This document shows, piece by piece, positions 12,462 through 24,950 of a stretch of DNA of 64,000 nt. The position numbers and the translations under genes are program-made. This DNA comes from Lama glama (lineage: Eukaryota): contig CM052816.1 in NCBI GenBank assembly GCA_028534125.1, forward strand, positions 91,700,001-91,764,000, in the 5' to 3' direction. The notes under the pieces were generated by a model. The model was not told the origin of the DNA. It saw nothing but the letters and a program-made list of their open reading frames with translations, and did not search any database. Numbering within the stretch: position 1 is the first letter of the stretch; every line of letters begins with the position of its first letter.

Positions 12462-13991
12462 AAATATAAGCCATTGTCACAGGCCACGCCCATTGCATTC
12501 CTCTCTTTGATAACATATCACTAAAAACTGTCACCGAGCCCTGAATCTCACCCACTTCTAGTTGTTGTAATGCTCACTCTCTAGTATGGGAGGAAAGGCA
12601 TATGGTTCCATTCGATTTATGTAGGAATCCTATGGTCTCAAATACTCTCCCGTCTTATAAATGAGTTGAAATTCATCTAGAAGACGTCACAAATCCTTTG
12701 TAGGTTCCAAAACAAGCACAGCCAAAGGTTTTCGAAGCAACCCATACCTACAGATGTTCCGTTTGTGCGACAGGAAGTCTGGCCTGGCCTCCAAGTTAAC
12801 TGAGTTCTAATCTGAGCCTCAAAGTCTCAAACCTCCAAGTTCATGCCAGGAGCCTTCTTTCAAAATCTGTAGATTACAGACATCCTTCCGTCTCCTGATG
12901 GTCCCCCTTTGCACAACCCAAATTCTAGTTACCACCTGGCAATGGACTAAAGAAAAAGTGAAAAGAAAAAAAGTTTTACCACAATCCAGAGTCTTGTGGA
13001 AACAAAAGGCAAGTTTTCAGAAACAATGAAGAAAATAGGAGTCTAGCTTTTCTGAACATTACACAAGTATCTCCCTGAAAGCACGCAATCCCCGGAAAGT
13101 ACCTCAAAACCAAAACACAGAAAGAGAAATAAGTTTGAAGGACAGCATATGAGTTAGGACCTTTGGAAAAAATTAATTCATCTTTCTCTTTCAATGTAAT
13201 AGATGTAAGTTGACACCTTTCAGAGCAGGAATGACTGTGCTGGGTAATTTACAGCATGTCGGTTTGGGCATTGCTTCCTTCCAGATGTCAAAGGAAGACT
13301 GAGGGTGATTCACACCTCAGCAAACGCACAGGCTGCATTCCATTCATGTTTGCTGCTCACCGCTGCCTGCTTTGGCAATTTTATTTTTGGTTTTATGTGT
13401 CCTTCCATGGTCTGCTCCAAGACTACAGTGACAAGGACAGTGACGGTGGCATTTAGAGACTGGAGCAGGACAGCCACTCATGACACTGCCCCACTGCAAT
13501 CCCAAAACCTCAAAACAGAAAAAGACACACACGAAGCCTTTTGACCAATAAGACACAGGTTTTGGGTATCCAAGGGCAAAAAAAAAAAAAAAAAAAGCAG
13601 GAAATGTCTCATAAATTCTAAAGGAGAATTTAAGTCAAATCTTTAATCAGAGACTTGCCAGGGACTGCAGGTGGGGCTGCTGGAAGTGTCAAGAGCCACC
13701 ACACAAGGGGGAAATGCTCCCTTCTTCACTCAGCCAGGCCATGAGCAAAGGCTTGAGGTCAGAGAATAGAGTTACAGCAAGTAATTCAAGAAGGAAGCGG
13801 CAGCAGACCTCAGGCTGAGGTCACCTGGAACATTCCACAGCAGGAAAGCCCGGGCTAGGGTGCTGGGAAGATTTAAACCAGGCTCCTACTGGCTGTAACC
13901 TAATGATAAGAATCATAAGCAGTTAATTATTTCTCACCTAGAGAATACAGTTATTATGAGCTTCACATCACAAATGTTTAAAACACAGGAT

Positions 13992-14118
13992 CCACCAGAT
14001 TGTAAATCCCACCAGATTGTAAATTCCTTGAGGGTGGGCATCTTCACCTGTTTTCTTCACTAGCATACTCAGTTGCCTATGAAGCTCACAAGGTAGGCAC
14101 TTAACAAATATTTGTGCG
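13992..14118 (+). mobile_element. L2 3' end fragment
   Basis: 'accagattgtaaattccttgagggtggg...ggtaggcacttaacaaatatttgt'. Confidence 0.75.
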
Positions 14119-14810
14119 GTAAGTAAAAACCCAAAAGAATACTCATCACAAAGATATTGCTCCAGCAAAGCTGTTGCCTAGGTAACTGTGAATGGTGTGT
14201 CCTGTACCAAAGTCCCCGGCCAAATGAGGCTGGAATCCAGCCAGAGTGTACCCACCCACATCTGGTCCTGGCCTGTGAGTGCCAAGCTCAGAAAAGGGTG
14301 CCTTTTTTTTTTTTTTTGTAATTCATCCACCCTAAGAGTAAGTTTTTTGGTGGACAGAGTCCCCAGGGCTCTGCCAAGGCAAGCTTCCTCAGGAAGGTCA
14401 CTTTGGTGAGCTGCACAGGTCAAATCATGCAATGTGCTTCACCAAAACCATCCTACAATTGAGACATTTTTCTCAGTTCATTTCATTACTGAGGTCTTCC
14501 TCCATCAATACAGCTGTGCAATGACTGAGGATACCTCTTTACCAAATTTGTCACCAAGTCCTCACAAATTTAACTCACAAGTAGAATCTGAAGTCTTGAA
14601 ATTTGAAAGACATGATTGCCCATCTCCTCCTATAGCTATTAACTAGCCAGCATGAGTGCTCTGGGTATGTGGATCGTCATTTTTTTCTTTTTCTTTTGTT
14701 ATTTCTTAATCAAATATAATCAGTAACTGAAAGCATTTAAGTTATTTAAGTGGAGAGAAACATTAGCACGGAGGGTAAAATAATGACTCAATCGATGTCC
14801 AGATATAGGG

Positions 14811-15027
14811 CAAGGTTCCTTAACTTTGACTATACTGGTATTTGAGACAGATAATTCTTCATTGTCAGGGGCTGTCCTGTGCATTGTAGGATGTTTAGCA
14901 GCATCTCTGGTCTCCATGCACTAAATGCCAGTAGCATTTTACCTCCCACACTGAGTCATGCAAAATGTCTCCAGATGTTTCCAAATGTCCCCTGGGAAGT
15001 AAAAGCACTCCCAGTTGAGAACCACTG
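14811..15027 (-). mobile_element. MER20 hAT-Charlie DNA transposon, full length
   Basis: 'ggggctgtcctgtgcattgtaggatgtttagcagcatc...aaaatgtctccaga...ccagttgagaaccactg' is close to consensus. Confidence 0.93.
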
Positions 15028-16299
15028 GTATTGGTAAAGCTGCCATATGGGGACCAAGGTGGAGCCAGAAGACTCTTAGATATCCAGGGGTAATTAAAAA
15101 GAATTACTGTAAAGTGCTGCAACGGGCCTAAGCCCTAACATCAAGCTGGGAAGTGGTCCAAGCTCAGCTGCCCCATCTGGGGAATAAGGGATGGTAAGAG
15201 AGCGAAGGGATGAGCAGAGACAAGCACCAGGCCAAGCAAAAAAATATGGGGCAATATTTTTAAGTGGGTGAGTTAAGTCACAGATGGAAAACTGAGATTG
15301 TGCAATTCCCTCTGGGTTCCACATAAGGTAGTAATCTTAGGTTGGATTCACATGCATGCATTTGAACCCACTCACCATTGTCCATGGTTACTTTTTCCCC
15401 CTTTGCCTGAAAAAACAATCTTTGCTGAGAAATCAAGAGCACCATTACACTGCTGGCCTGACTCAGAGAGTGTGTTGGCTGAAATAATGCCTACTGCTAA
15501 TAAGAGGGACCAGCAAATAAATGGGTTGACTTGGTAACGACTTCAATGGCCCCCTAAAACCTCCAATTTAAGTTAGGTCATTTGGCTTGTGCTTTTAGGG
15601 AGGAAGATGTTTAAAACTCTGATCTCAGTTCTAACTTTGGCAATGAACCCTGATGCTCATTTTTTGAGCTTCTTCCTTCAGGTTTGTCCTCAAACTGTCT
15701 TAGAACAGACCATGCAGAGACAAAGCTGAGGGCTGGAAGACCTGCATCCTCATGAAAGCAGGTAGGGAAAGGAAAGAGTAAAAGCAAAATAGCACCCCTG
15801 CCTTCATTCCGGCCCATTCGATCATTGTATGTGATGCCTGGGAGCATCCACTTTGCACATACTGTACATTCGCCTCATTTTCCTTGAAACACTTTCTTAA
15901 TCTGAATTCTAAGAACTGGTCTGATGACTTCCCGCCTCCCTCCTCATCTCGCTGAGGGCCAACGTTGGAGGCCCAAGGCTCCTTCTCTCTCTGCACGCAC
16001 TCCTGGCTTGATGTGACGCCGTTTGCTGTCAGTCCACGACAGGGTCAGCACAGAAAGCCAGAGTAAGTGTTTAGAAATCTTCACAGCAATTTCACAGAAA
16101 AATTTCATGTCTGTTCAGTGTAATAGCAAAAATAAAATAAAACAAAGTAGTGACACTTGTGGTTTGCATTTCCTTATTTCACTTTTCCTTTAACTCATTT
16201 TTACCGTATTTAACAAAGTATTCATTCATAGTAACTGGGAATGAAATCACAAAGGTTCTTTAGCAGAGATCAGAGATATTTTAAGAAGAACCATCTTCA

Positions 16300-17030
16300 G
16301 ATGATCTCACCCAATCCCATGGTTTTAAAATACCATCTATGTGTTGCTGGCATTCAGTTTTATGACTCCTGCCAGATTCTTCCATCCAACTGTCTACTCA
16401 CCGCTCCACCTGGAAGTTTAAACAGCATCTCAAAGAGACATATTCAGAAATGAAGTTTGGTTTTGTTCCTCAATCCTACTCTGCGCTTGTCTTCCTTGGC
16501 TCATTAAATGGTACTACCACCAACCTGATTTTTCAGGCCAAATACTTAGGAGTCAGTCTTGACTAGTATCTTCCTACGACCCTCTACATCCGATGCAGCA
16601 GGGACTCCTGGAGGCTCTGATACTAACAGATATTTCAAGTTGGACCACTTCTCACCCTCTCACCACCAAGATCTCAGTTCAAACCATCACCTTCTCTCAT
16701 TTGGAAAAATGAAATAGCCTTCTGCTATTTCCCCCTACTCTTGACCATTATGTAGACCATTATCCCTGGAAGTCACGTTGGCTTTTTTAAAACAGTCAAC
16801 CCAATCAAGTTTTCTATGCTCCATTCTCCAACTTCCATCACACTTAGAACAAAGTCCAGAGTATACTTTTGGTCTAGGAAACTCTTGCCATCTTCCCTCC
16901 TGTTATTCCACCATCATTTGGGACCACGCTCCTGCTAGAAACACCCCAAGCACATCCTTGTCTTAGAAGTTTTGCATCTTGCATCCCTCTTCCCTAGATG
17001 TTTGCAAGACACTCCCTTGCTTCCCTGAGA
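16300..17030 (+). mobile_element. L2 LINE fragment
   Basis: 'gatgatctcacccaatcccatggttttaaaataccatctat', 'caggccaaatacttaggagtcagtcttgac', 'aaaccatcaccttctctca'. Confidence 0.8.
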
Positions 17031-17284
17031 ACCCGTTTCAGGATGGAGGAATGAAGATATGGGCATTTTAAAAGCTAGAAACAGATGATGTTAACAAAGA
17101 CTGGACATTACCTGGCATCTGCTCCAGCCTCCTTGTTTATAATCTGCTTTCCCATGAGAAACGATGATGCACATACAGGTGTGAATACAGATATGCAATT
17201 GTACATAAAAGCATTCATGTACACACATAGATTTACATTTCTTTCATATTTTCTGTATGCATATGTACATCCTCATAGAGTTTC

Positions 17285-17440
17285 AATAAGGTAATAAGCT
17301 TTCATTCTCTCATTACATACGAAGATTTGAGGATCAAAGAAAATGAGTGACTTCTTCAAGATCATATAGATAATATAGTACTGGAGGCTGAGCCAGAATA
17401 GTGTTATTTTGATTTCAATCTATTTTTTTCCCACTAAATC
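17285..17440 (-). mobile_element. MIR fragment
   Basis: 'gagtgacttcttcaagatcatatagataata...ggaggctgag'. Confidence 0.5.
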
Positions 17441-17589
17441 ACATGTCTTTTTTGTGCAGGAGATTTAAATCATTGAATAACAAAATCAATATTCAATGAA
17501 AAAAAAATGCCCCATCATAATCACTCTTACTTCAATGCACCATAAACTAATTAACAATGTACTATAATTTCATTATTTCAAGATTTGTT

Positions 17590-17720
17590 AAATGCCTCTC
17601 TCTTCCCCCAAAATGTAAGCTCCATGCGGGCAAGTATTTAGACTTGTTCCCTGATCTCTGTCCTGTGTCTAGAAAATACCTGACACAGAAAAAAGACCTA
17701 AATCATGTTTGAATGAATTA
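17590..17720 (+). mobile_element. L2 3' end
   Basis: 'aatgtaagctccatgcgggcaag...tctagaaaatacctgacacag...tttgaatgaat'. Confidence 0.75.
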
Positions 17721-18191
17721 CTTTATTTCAAACATGTCTGCAAATACAGAAAGTAGTAAAAACACTGTATTAGCTAACACAAGGGTTTTGCTACTTAGGT
17801 TTATCATTTATTCATTCATTTTATTCCTTTAATATCTTTAGTGAGAAACTATGCAGCCTTATAGCTATGGCTGCCCAATAACTAAACATCTATAACTGAT
17901 ATTTAGACTGTTCAGTAACAAGCCACAGAAATGTGAGCTGGAGAGAAATACATCAATTCAGACTCACTCGATTCTTATTTGGTGATAACATTACGAATTT
18001 TGTTCAGTAAACCATGTAAAGTTCCATGTAATTGTATACCTAAGATTGAAAGGAAAATGCTTTAAAAGTTTTAGGAATGCCAGCTCTCCAAAACCAGGGG
18101 AGAAGCCATAAAAGGACAAATTATTTCAGTGCTAATTACAACGTAGTTTCATCCGGTAATCAGCACAGGTCAGCCAAAGCTCTACCAGACT

Positions 18192-18362
18192 CTCATTCAT
18201 TCACTCATGTTGCCACTTAGGCTTATCACTCATTCATCATGTTACTGGTATTTATCAAACACCTACTACGTGTCGGACACTGTTCCAGGGGGAGGGAAGG
18301 GGAGGACACAGCTATCGATAAAGCACACAGAAAACCTTCCCTCACCAAGCTGCCGTTCCAGG
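18192..18362 (-). mobile_element. L2 3' end
   Basis: (cattc)n tail followed by 'tatttatcaaacacctactacgtgtcggacactgttc'. Confidence 0.7.
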
Positions 18363-18640
18363 ACAGCTCTGTTAGTCCTGACACCTGTTTGTGAAAACAG
18401 TGAAACTTCTTTTCATCGGCCGAATTCTGATAACTCACTGGTTGCAGGAGTTTTAGCATCCTTCCTTTTAGAGATGGGTTAGCTCTTTTCTCCAGAGTCC
18501 ATATTTTCAAATGTCTGAATGGCCTCAAAATTAAGATAGATTATCCTCCTCCACCAGCACAAGGAAAAACACTTAGAAAATGCTTTTCAGATTTTGATTT
18601 ATTAAAGACAAAACCATTTGCGTTTCTCATTGGGGAGTGT

Positions 18641-18677
18641 ACACACACACACACACACACACTCTCACTCTCTCTCT
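18641..18677. repeat. (CA)n(CT)n compound microsatellite
   Basis: Seen directly. Confidence 0.9.
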
Positions 18678-21125
18678 AAGTAATCTCATCAAGTAGCTTT
18701 GGATGAAAACAAGAGAATGTGTCCATGAAGCAGAAATGAACTTAAGAAGTCTATGTGTGCAATTATAATTCACTTACCTTCTTCAGAGCTGAGGGTTTGT
18801 GCTAACACGCTGCTTATTCTGGCCTCAGTAAAATCGTTACCTCTGATTTTATTCAAACCTGTCACCACTATCAGGCCAGGGACTTGGTGTATTCGTCCCC
18901 TGACCGTGGTGCCCTCGTACATTCAATAGATTTATGATACATTTGTGACGTTAGCCTATTCCAGCGGGGCTGTTGGTTTTTTTGGCGGGGTGGCAAAGGA
19001 TCTTTATCAGCCTGTGTATGTGGTATTATAACTCTTAAGAATGGTTCCATTTTCTGTACCAAACTTAATTGGACTATATGCTATCTCCCTGCCTTCTCTG
19101 CCTCACACCTTGCTTTTTTCAGCAAGGCGACCTCTGAGAACAAACGAATTAATATTCACTGCGCAGAGCCAGCTTTTTTTTTTAATTTGTAATCTTTGAC
19201 TTTTTTTTTTTTACACCCATAAGCAGCCTTTTCCAGGAAAAGAAGAAAAACAAAGAGCAAGGAAGGAGCTTTAAATCTCCCACAAAATGAAACGAATGCC
19301 AAAGAATGACTTTCTATATATACAATTTCACCCCTAGTGCCAATCCACGACTTTTGGAAAGAAAAATTCGTTTAAGTTGGAAATTCATGGGAAAACTGTG
19401 TGAGAAAGAATTTGCAAGGATATATGCATTCATATCTACCCAACGGGTAAATCACCAACAAAAATGGTGGGTATTATGTTTAATATTGGGCAGGTGTCCT
19501 TGATTGGATTACCACATTCTGTTGATTCTTGTTTTGTAATTGGCTTTATTCCTTTGATAACTGTAAGTTTAAAAGCTAAATCTCTAACCTGTTCTTAGAA
19601 ACAAAAATCAATACATATATGTAAACTAAAAAAATGTGCAGTATACTGTATACATGTATTTACATGCAAAAAAATTGGGAAGAACTGTTACCAAAATTAA
19701 AAATATATATCAATAGACTCAGAGTGTGTCTGTGGTAGTGTGAAGGCCTAATACTAGGCAGTGTCTGAAGCAAGACTACTACTTGGCATCATGGTTCTAT
19801 CTACAAGAACATTTTCTAAATGACAATCTTTGGCTTTCTGTTCCCATTGAGGAGTGTTACAAGGAAGAGCATGAGGACATGTCCTATTTTGTGGATGATC
19901 TGGCCTTTTGGTCTACCTCCGTGCAGAGTTCACCCACCATGGGAGCACACAGGAAACATTCCTCTCATAGGAACATGTATGATTGTCTTCAGCAACTACA
20001 CTCTTTATGTCTTATAAATACACTGAACTGTGTTATTGATTGTGCTGCTCTCTTTGTTTGGACAATTCAGGAATTCAGCCAGAGCCATGACCACCTCTGA
20101 CAAATGTGGCAATGCCAAGCATGTGTGAATGTGGCCTGTTCCTCAGCTGTGTTTTATTCTTCTATCCTTACTTGCCCTTTGCCCTATCTCCTCTCTACTG
20201 ATTTTTTTCTGTCCTCTTGGTTAGCCATCTCAGATCCATTTTATCCAAAGGGTAGGGATTTAAGGAGACGGGGAAACATACAAAAGTTTGGCAGCAAAAA
20301 TCATTTCTCGTTAGACATATAAACAATCTTGAATGGTGGGTATTTGCAAGTCTGTTTTTTTCTTCTTCATCGCATATTCAGAAGCTATTTGCATCAAACA
20401 CAGGCCATTTTAAAGGTGAAATGAAGATGGTAACACATTCCAGGGAAGCTTGAAGTTCTGTGTTTGAAATAGAGAGCTCTGGATAGACAGTAAGTGGAAG
20501 TCCTATGCTTTTAAAGAAATTCATTTGTAACATGACATGAAATGGATATTTCAGCTGAGGTCTGAAGACTTGAGGCCCAACATGTTAAAGTGAAGGGGCT
20601 CAACAGTGCAGAAAACTCTGGAAAAGGAAGGAGGGTGGAGACAAGAGAAAGAGTCAGCTTTGGATTTCTGCTAAGTCCAGACAAGAGGGACAGTGATGTC
20701 ACTGAGGCAACCATCAGCATCCCTTTTGTCCCTTTGCCTTTCCCCACTCCCACCCTGTAGGTCTCAGAATCCCAAGTTAGCAAAGGAGAGGTTGTTAGAG
20801 AGAAGAAACCAACAAACTCTGCTTCCTCCACCTGCCACACCCCAATTGGGGGAGGGGGTAACCCAACTTCCATTAGGTTGGACCCTTCATCATTCTAAGG
20901 CCCCGACAATTGAGTAAGTGAACTAAGGTTGTCCATGCATCTTATCTCAGAGTGACTGACAAGTCTGGATCCGCGTGACTGCTCATCCAAGGAGGGGAAG
21001 CCTGGCCCCTCCTAAGTAACAAAGACCACGGGAGACAAAATGACTCTGGTAACAAACACATGCCATAAGCCATGCTTGTTTGACGTGACATTTACACTTT
21101 TCTTCCCAAGCGTTACACATTTATT

Positions 21126-21689
21126 TGTCATGGTTCATTTTATATGTCAACTGACCGAATCATACGGTGTCCAGATATTTGGCTAAACGTTGTATCTTGG
21201 TTTGTTTGTGAGGGTGTTTCTGGATGAAACTGGTATTTGTTTTGGTGGCTTCCGTAAAGCAGTGTGACCTCCTCGATGTGGGTGGGCCATCACCCAGACC
21301 ACTGGGGACCTGAAGAGAACAAAAAGGCAGAGGAAAGCAGAATTTGTCCCTTCCTGCCTAATTTTTTGAGCTGGGATGGGTCTTCCCCTGCTCTTTATAC
21401 TTCTAGTTCTCAAGTCTTTGAACTTGGACTGAACTGCATCACCAGCTTTCTTGGATTCTAGCTTACATATGGTAGACTGTGGGACTTCTCAGCCTCCATA
21501 GCTGAGTGAGTCAATTCCTCATAACAAATCTCTTTATGTGTGTATATATATATGTACACATATATATATATACACATACACACACATACATACATATATA
21601 TATATAATTGATATATGTATGTGTGTATATATGTGTGTGTGTATGTGTATAACCTCAATGGTTCTGTTTCTCTGGAGAATTCTAATACA
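21126..21689 (+). mobile_element. MLT2-type ERVL solo LTR with internal (TA/CA/TG)n
   Basis: TG...CA ends; 'tgtcatggttcattttatatgtcaact', 'gtgagggtgtttctggatga', 'ggttctgtttctctggagaattctaataca'; near-TSD ttatt/ttttt. Confidence 0.9.
21535..21651. repeat. Compound alternating purine-pyrimidine microsatellite inside MLT2
   Basis: TA/CA/TG runs. Confidence 0.95.
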
Positions 21690-22259
21690 TTTTTATTTCA
21701 TTCAAACCAAATAGAAATCCCGTACCGTGAAGATATCATGAACAGACATCCCATATCCTCCTAACATGTAAATGACATCCCTTTTCTATGGACCATATCC
21801 TGGGTCCTGGTGACTCTGTGGTACCATTTTCACACATCTGTGGGCAGACACCAGCTCTCTATGGGGACCCAGGCGCCCAACCGCATGTTAGCTTTCCACA
21901 AGGCAAATCACAGATTGGAAAAGGGCCTTTATCTTCTTTCTCTACAGGCAGTTTGACTCAGATAGTTGTCAAAGTCTTAGGTCATGACAATGTTATTTAT
22001 GGAGAAATACACAAAGGGACGATGGAAAGTCTCCTTCCTTACAAGATCTGGTGAGGGGATTCTCAGCTCCCTCTCTAGGATGACGCTGCACAAAGTGGTC
22101 ATTATGCAAAGTGACACCCTCTTTATGGAGTAAAAAAGTCACTTCTTAACTCTTCTATTTACTCCTTTTTAAATTTTTTAAGGAACATCCTCTAGGTTTG
22201 GCATACTGAGGTTTTTAAAGTAAGCCATCTCTCTGACACCTGTAATTTTACAGCTCTTA

Positions 22260-22450
22260 AGTCATTTGTTCACTGAACCATCTGTTGAACATCTCTGGGG
22301 AGACATGTTCTGCGGCTGTGATTTGGGGCAGAACGGATGGATGCACATGGCCGAGGAACACTTAGTCCAACGGGGAAAACACGTGGAAACCACTAGCTGT
22401 CACAGTATGTCTTCAATGTTGAAGAACAGAGACAGCAAAGAGCTTCAAGT
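22260..22450 (-). mobile_element. L2 fragment
   Basis: 'tcatttgttcactgaaccatctgttgaacatct...gaggaacacttagtccaa'. Confidence 0.45.
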
Positions 22451-22479
22451 GCCCAGTGGAGAAGGGCCAGGGAGTGGTG

Positions 22480-22725
22480 ACTGTGGCAGAGAGGTGAAGA
22501 GGACTCTGGAACTGCGGTGCCAGGGCTCACATCTTAACGTTGCTCTATTACCGGCCGTGTGACTCTGGGCAAGTTAGTAACCTCTCTGTGTTGCCACTTC
22601 CTCATCTAGGAAATGTAGTAACAACTGTATCTACCTCATGGAGTTGTTCTAGATAGCACAGTTAACCCACACACACAGTGGTTTGGGGAACACACTGAGG
22701 GTCACATAAGTTTCAGATATGATAA
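22480..22725 (+). mobile_element. MIR SINE
   Basis: 'gtgtgactctgggcaagttagtaacctctctgtg...ttcctcatctaggaaatg...atctacctcatggagttgtt'. Confidence 0.85.
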
Positions 22726-23799
22726 TTACCATGTCCCAGTACCTGAAGCAACAAGCACATATTTGGTGCCTTTTTATCCACCATCCAAATAAATAGACAG
22801 GAACTCCTGTACATATCCCATTAGACAGAAGTGTATCAAGTGGCCCCCCGTGGCTGCAAGAGAGACTGAGAATTTGAATACCTCACTCTCCCACTTTGAA
22901 GTTAGAGTAAAGGACAAAGATGACAAAGCAAAAACAACCCAAGTTCATTAACATATTTGTGTCTACAAATAATTTGTGTGTATTTGCTATTTCAAATTTG
23001 AGATTGGGTGATTTACCTGGGTTTCTTCTTTTAATTATAAACTTACAAAGACTAATAAGAAAAATTTACTAGTTTATAAAATAATATTGTAAGTTTATAA
23101 GGAATTAAGGGTCAGCATCTTATAAATTCAATATACTGTATTCATATAAATTTCTCCAGAATTTGGGACTGATCAGCCTGTTAGACCTTTGAAATGTTTA
23201 AGAAATAGAAATGAATATGTTAAATTTATGAATGCCATTTGAATATTTAATGAAATTTAATTAACTAAGTTGTGAAGGTCCCCTTGAAAGTGACTGATAA
23301 ACTGTACTGGATTTATATATAGAATAATGAGAATTTGAGTTAGGTTTAAGAGCTTAAAAAAACTAGGTTTTGGAATTTGCAACTTTAATACTTTGATTAT
23401 TAATTTGAAAAAACAAAATATCTTTTCTTTGGTTGAAACACCCAGTCACCAAATCTTACACTGAAAACAACTAGTAGGAAACAAGTTTTTGCTTCAAACC
23501 ATCAAAGTAAATTCTAGGGCTTACTATGAACCACTGTGCTATACTTTGTTCTATGTTGGCTTTGCCAAATATTATCCCATAAAATGTTTCTCAAACCAGT
23601 GAGCTTCTAGTTGATACATTCAATAGCTTTTAATCTGCCCCCTTCGCGAGAGTCAGTGTATCACAGGACTCAGAACATCCAAGTGTCCCCTGCTTCTCTG
23701 AACATGATCCTGGCCTTCTGAACAGGTTCCTATTCTGATTTCTCTGGATCATCACTCCCCCTAACATCATCTCATCTCAGCCCCTTTCTAGAAGATTCT

Positions 23800-24470
23800 G
23801 ACATTTATTATCCTTGGACATTTCTTACAGTTATTTAACCTCTATTCCAAAATCCACATAAGTGGCTCTTAAATGGCTGTGGAATTCAAGGCTTATATTT
23901 CCCATCACTCTCTAAACACAACATCCCAAATTTCTAAGTGACACCTCAAGCTTCCTTTGCAAACATCCTTCTCTCAGTGCCTTTCCTCTCCAGGATCACG
24001 TCACTTTCATCCCTCCCGTCACTAAGCTTAAAACCTCATGTAAATTTGCTCCCACCATATGATTTACTCCTCACATGCAATTAAGTCCTACTGAGACTGC
24101 AATTAATTCCTCAACATCCCTTCCTATTTTGTTTGTCACTACTCTGATCCAAACCCTCTGAAACGGTCTCCCCCTCGCTTACACCACTCAATTCATGAAT
24201 GCTGTTTTCAATATCAAACTCCTGAAGTGCACCTAGGACGTGATGAAAAGAAAGAAAGGAAAAAAAAAAAAAAAGACCTTCCACAACGCCACGCTGCCTA
24301 CTAGAGAACAAACACTTTCACGGAGGGTACCGGGCCTCCATGATGTTTCTGACTTTCCATCCAAGCCTAGTCGTTCTTTCTCTTTTCCACATACACCAAG
24401 TCTACTCAAATTTCAAGACCTACGTTAAATGCCCTTTCTGAATAGTCCTCTCATGCCTTCAACTGTCAAA
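23800..24470 (+). mobile_element. Degraded L2 fragment(s)
   Basis: Pyrimidine-rich L2-like segments 'actaagcttaaaacctcatg', 'tctactcaaatttcaagacctacgttaaatgccctttctgaa'. Confidence 0.45.
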
Positions 24471-24625
24471 TCTCTTTTCTGAATGCCCCAAACACATCAC
24501 AGATCCTTCTTTTGTGGTTCTTATACCTCAAAAATAGTAATAGTAAAGGAAAGGAAAGACGAAGGAAGAAAAAGAAGAGGAGCAGCAGGAGGAAAGTACG
24601 CAAGAAATCAATAAAGAAAATTGAG

Positions 24626-24712
24626 AGGAAGGAAGGAAGGAAGGAAGGAAGGAAGGAAGGAGGGAAGGAAGGAAGGAAGGAAGGAAGGAAGGAAGGAAGG
24701 AAGGAAGGGAGG
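24626..24712. repeat. (GGAA)n tetranucleotide microsatellite
   Basis: About 20 units with one GGGA interruption. Confidence 0.98.
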
Positions 24713-24819
24713 GGAGGATGCAGAGGAGGAGAAGGTCCACAGACATGACTGGGGGTCTGCTCCGAGACAGGCTCTGGGAAGGTTTTTTTCACTTGTTACC
24801 CACCGGACATTGGCAACAG

Positions 24820-24950
24820 CCTGTCCTATGAAATCTTATAATAATCCATATTTTTCAGAAGAGGACACAGATCAATTAAATGCTGTGCCCAAAGTCCAGG
24901 CAGCTGGTAAGATCTAGGAGGGGATTTAAATCCATGATGTGACTGCCAGC
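24820..24950 (-). mobile_element. MIR fragment
   Basis: 'tttttcagaagaggacacagatc...gcccaaagtccaggcagctggtaag...ggatttaaatcca'. Confidence 0.6.

Noticed and set aside
19783..20100. 105-aa ORF as possible exon or processed pseudogene
   Set aside because: No recognisable homology, splice sites, poly(A) tail or TSD
24466..24917. Low-complexity ORFs (LPSF / RKEG repeats); likewise 52892-53155
   Set aside because: Translations of GGAA/GAAA microsatellites
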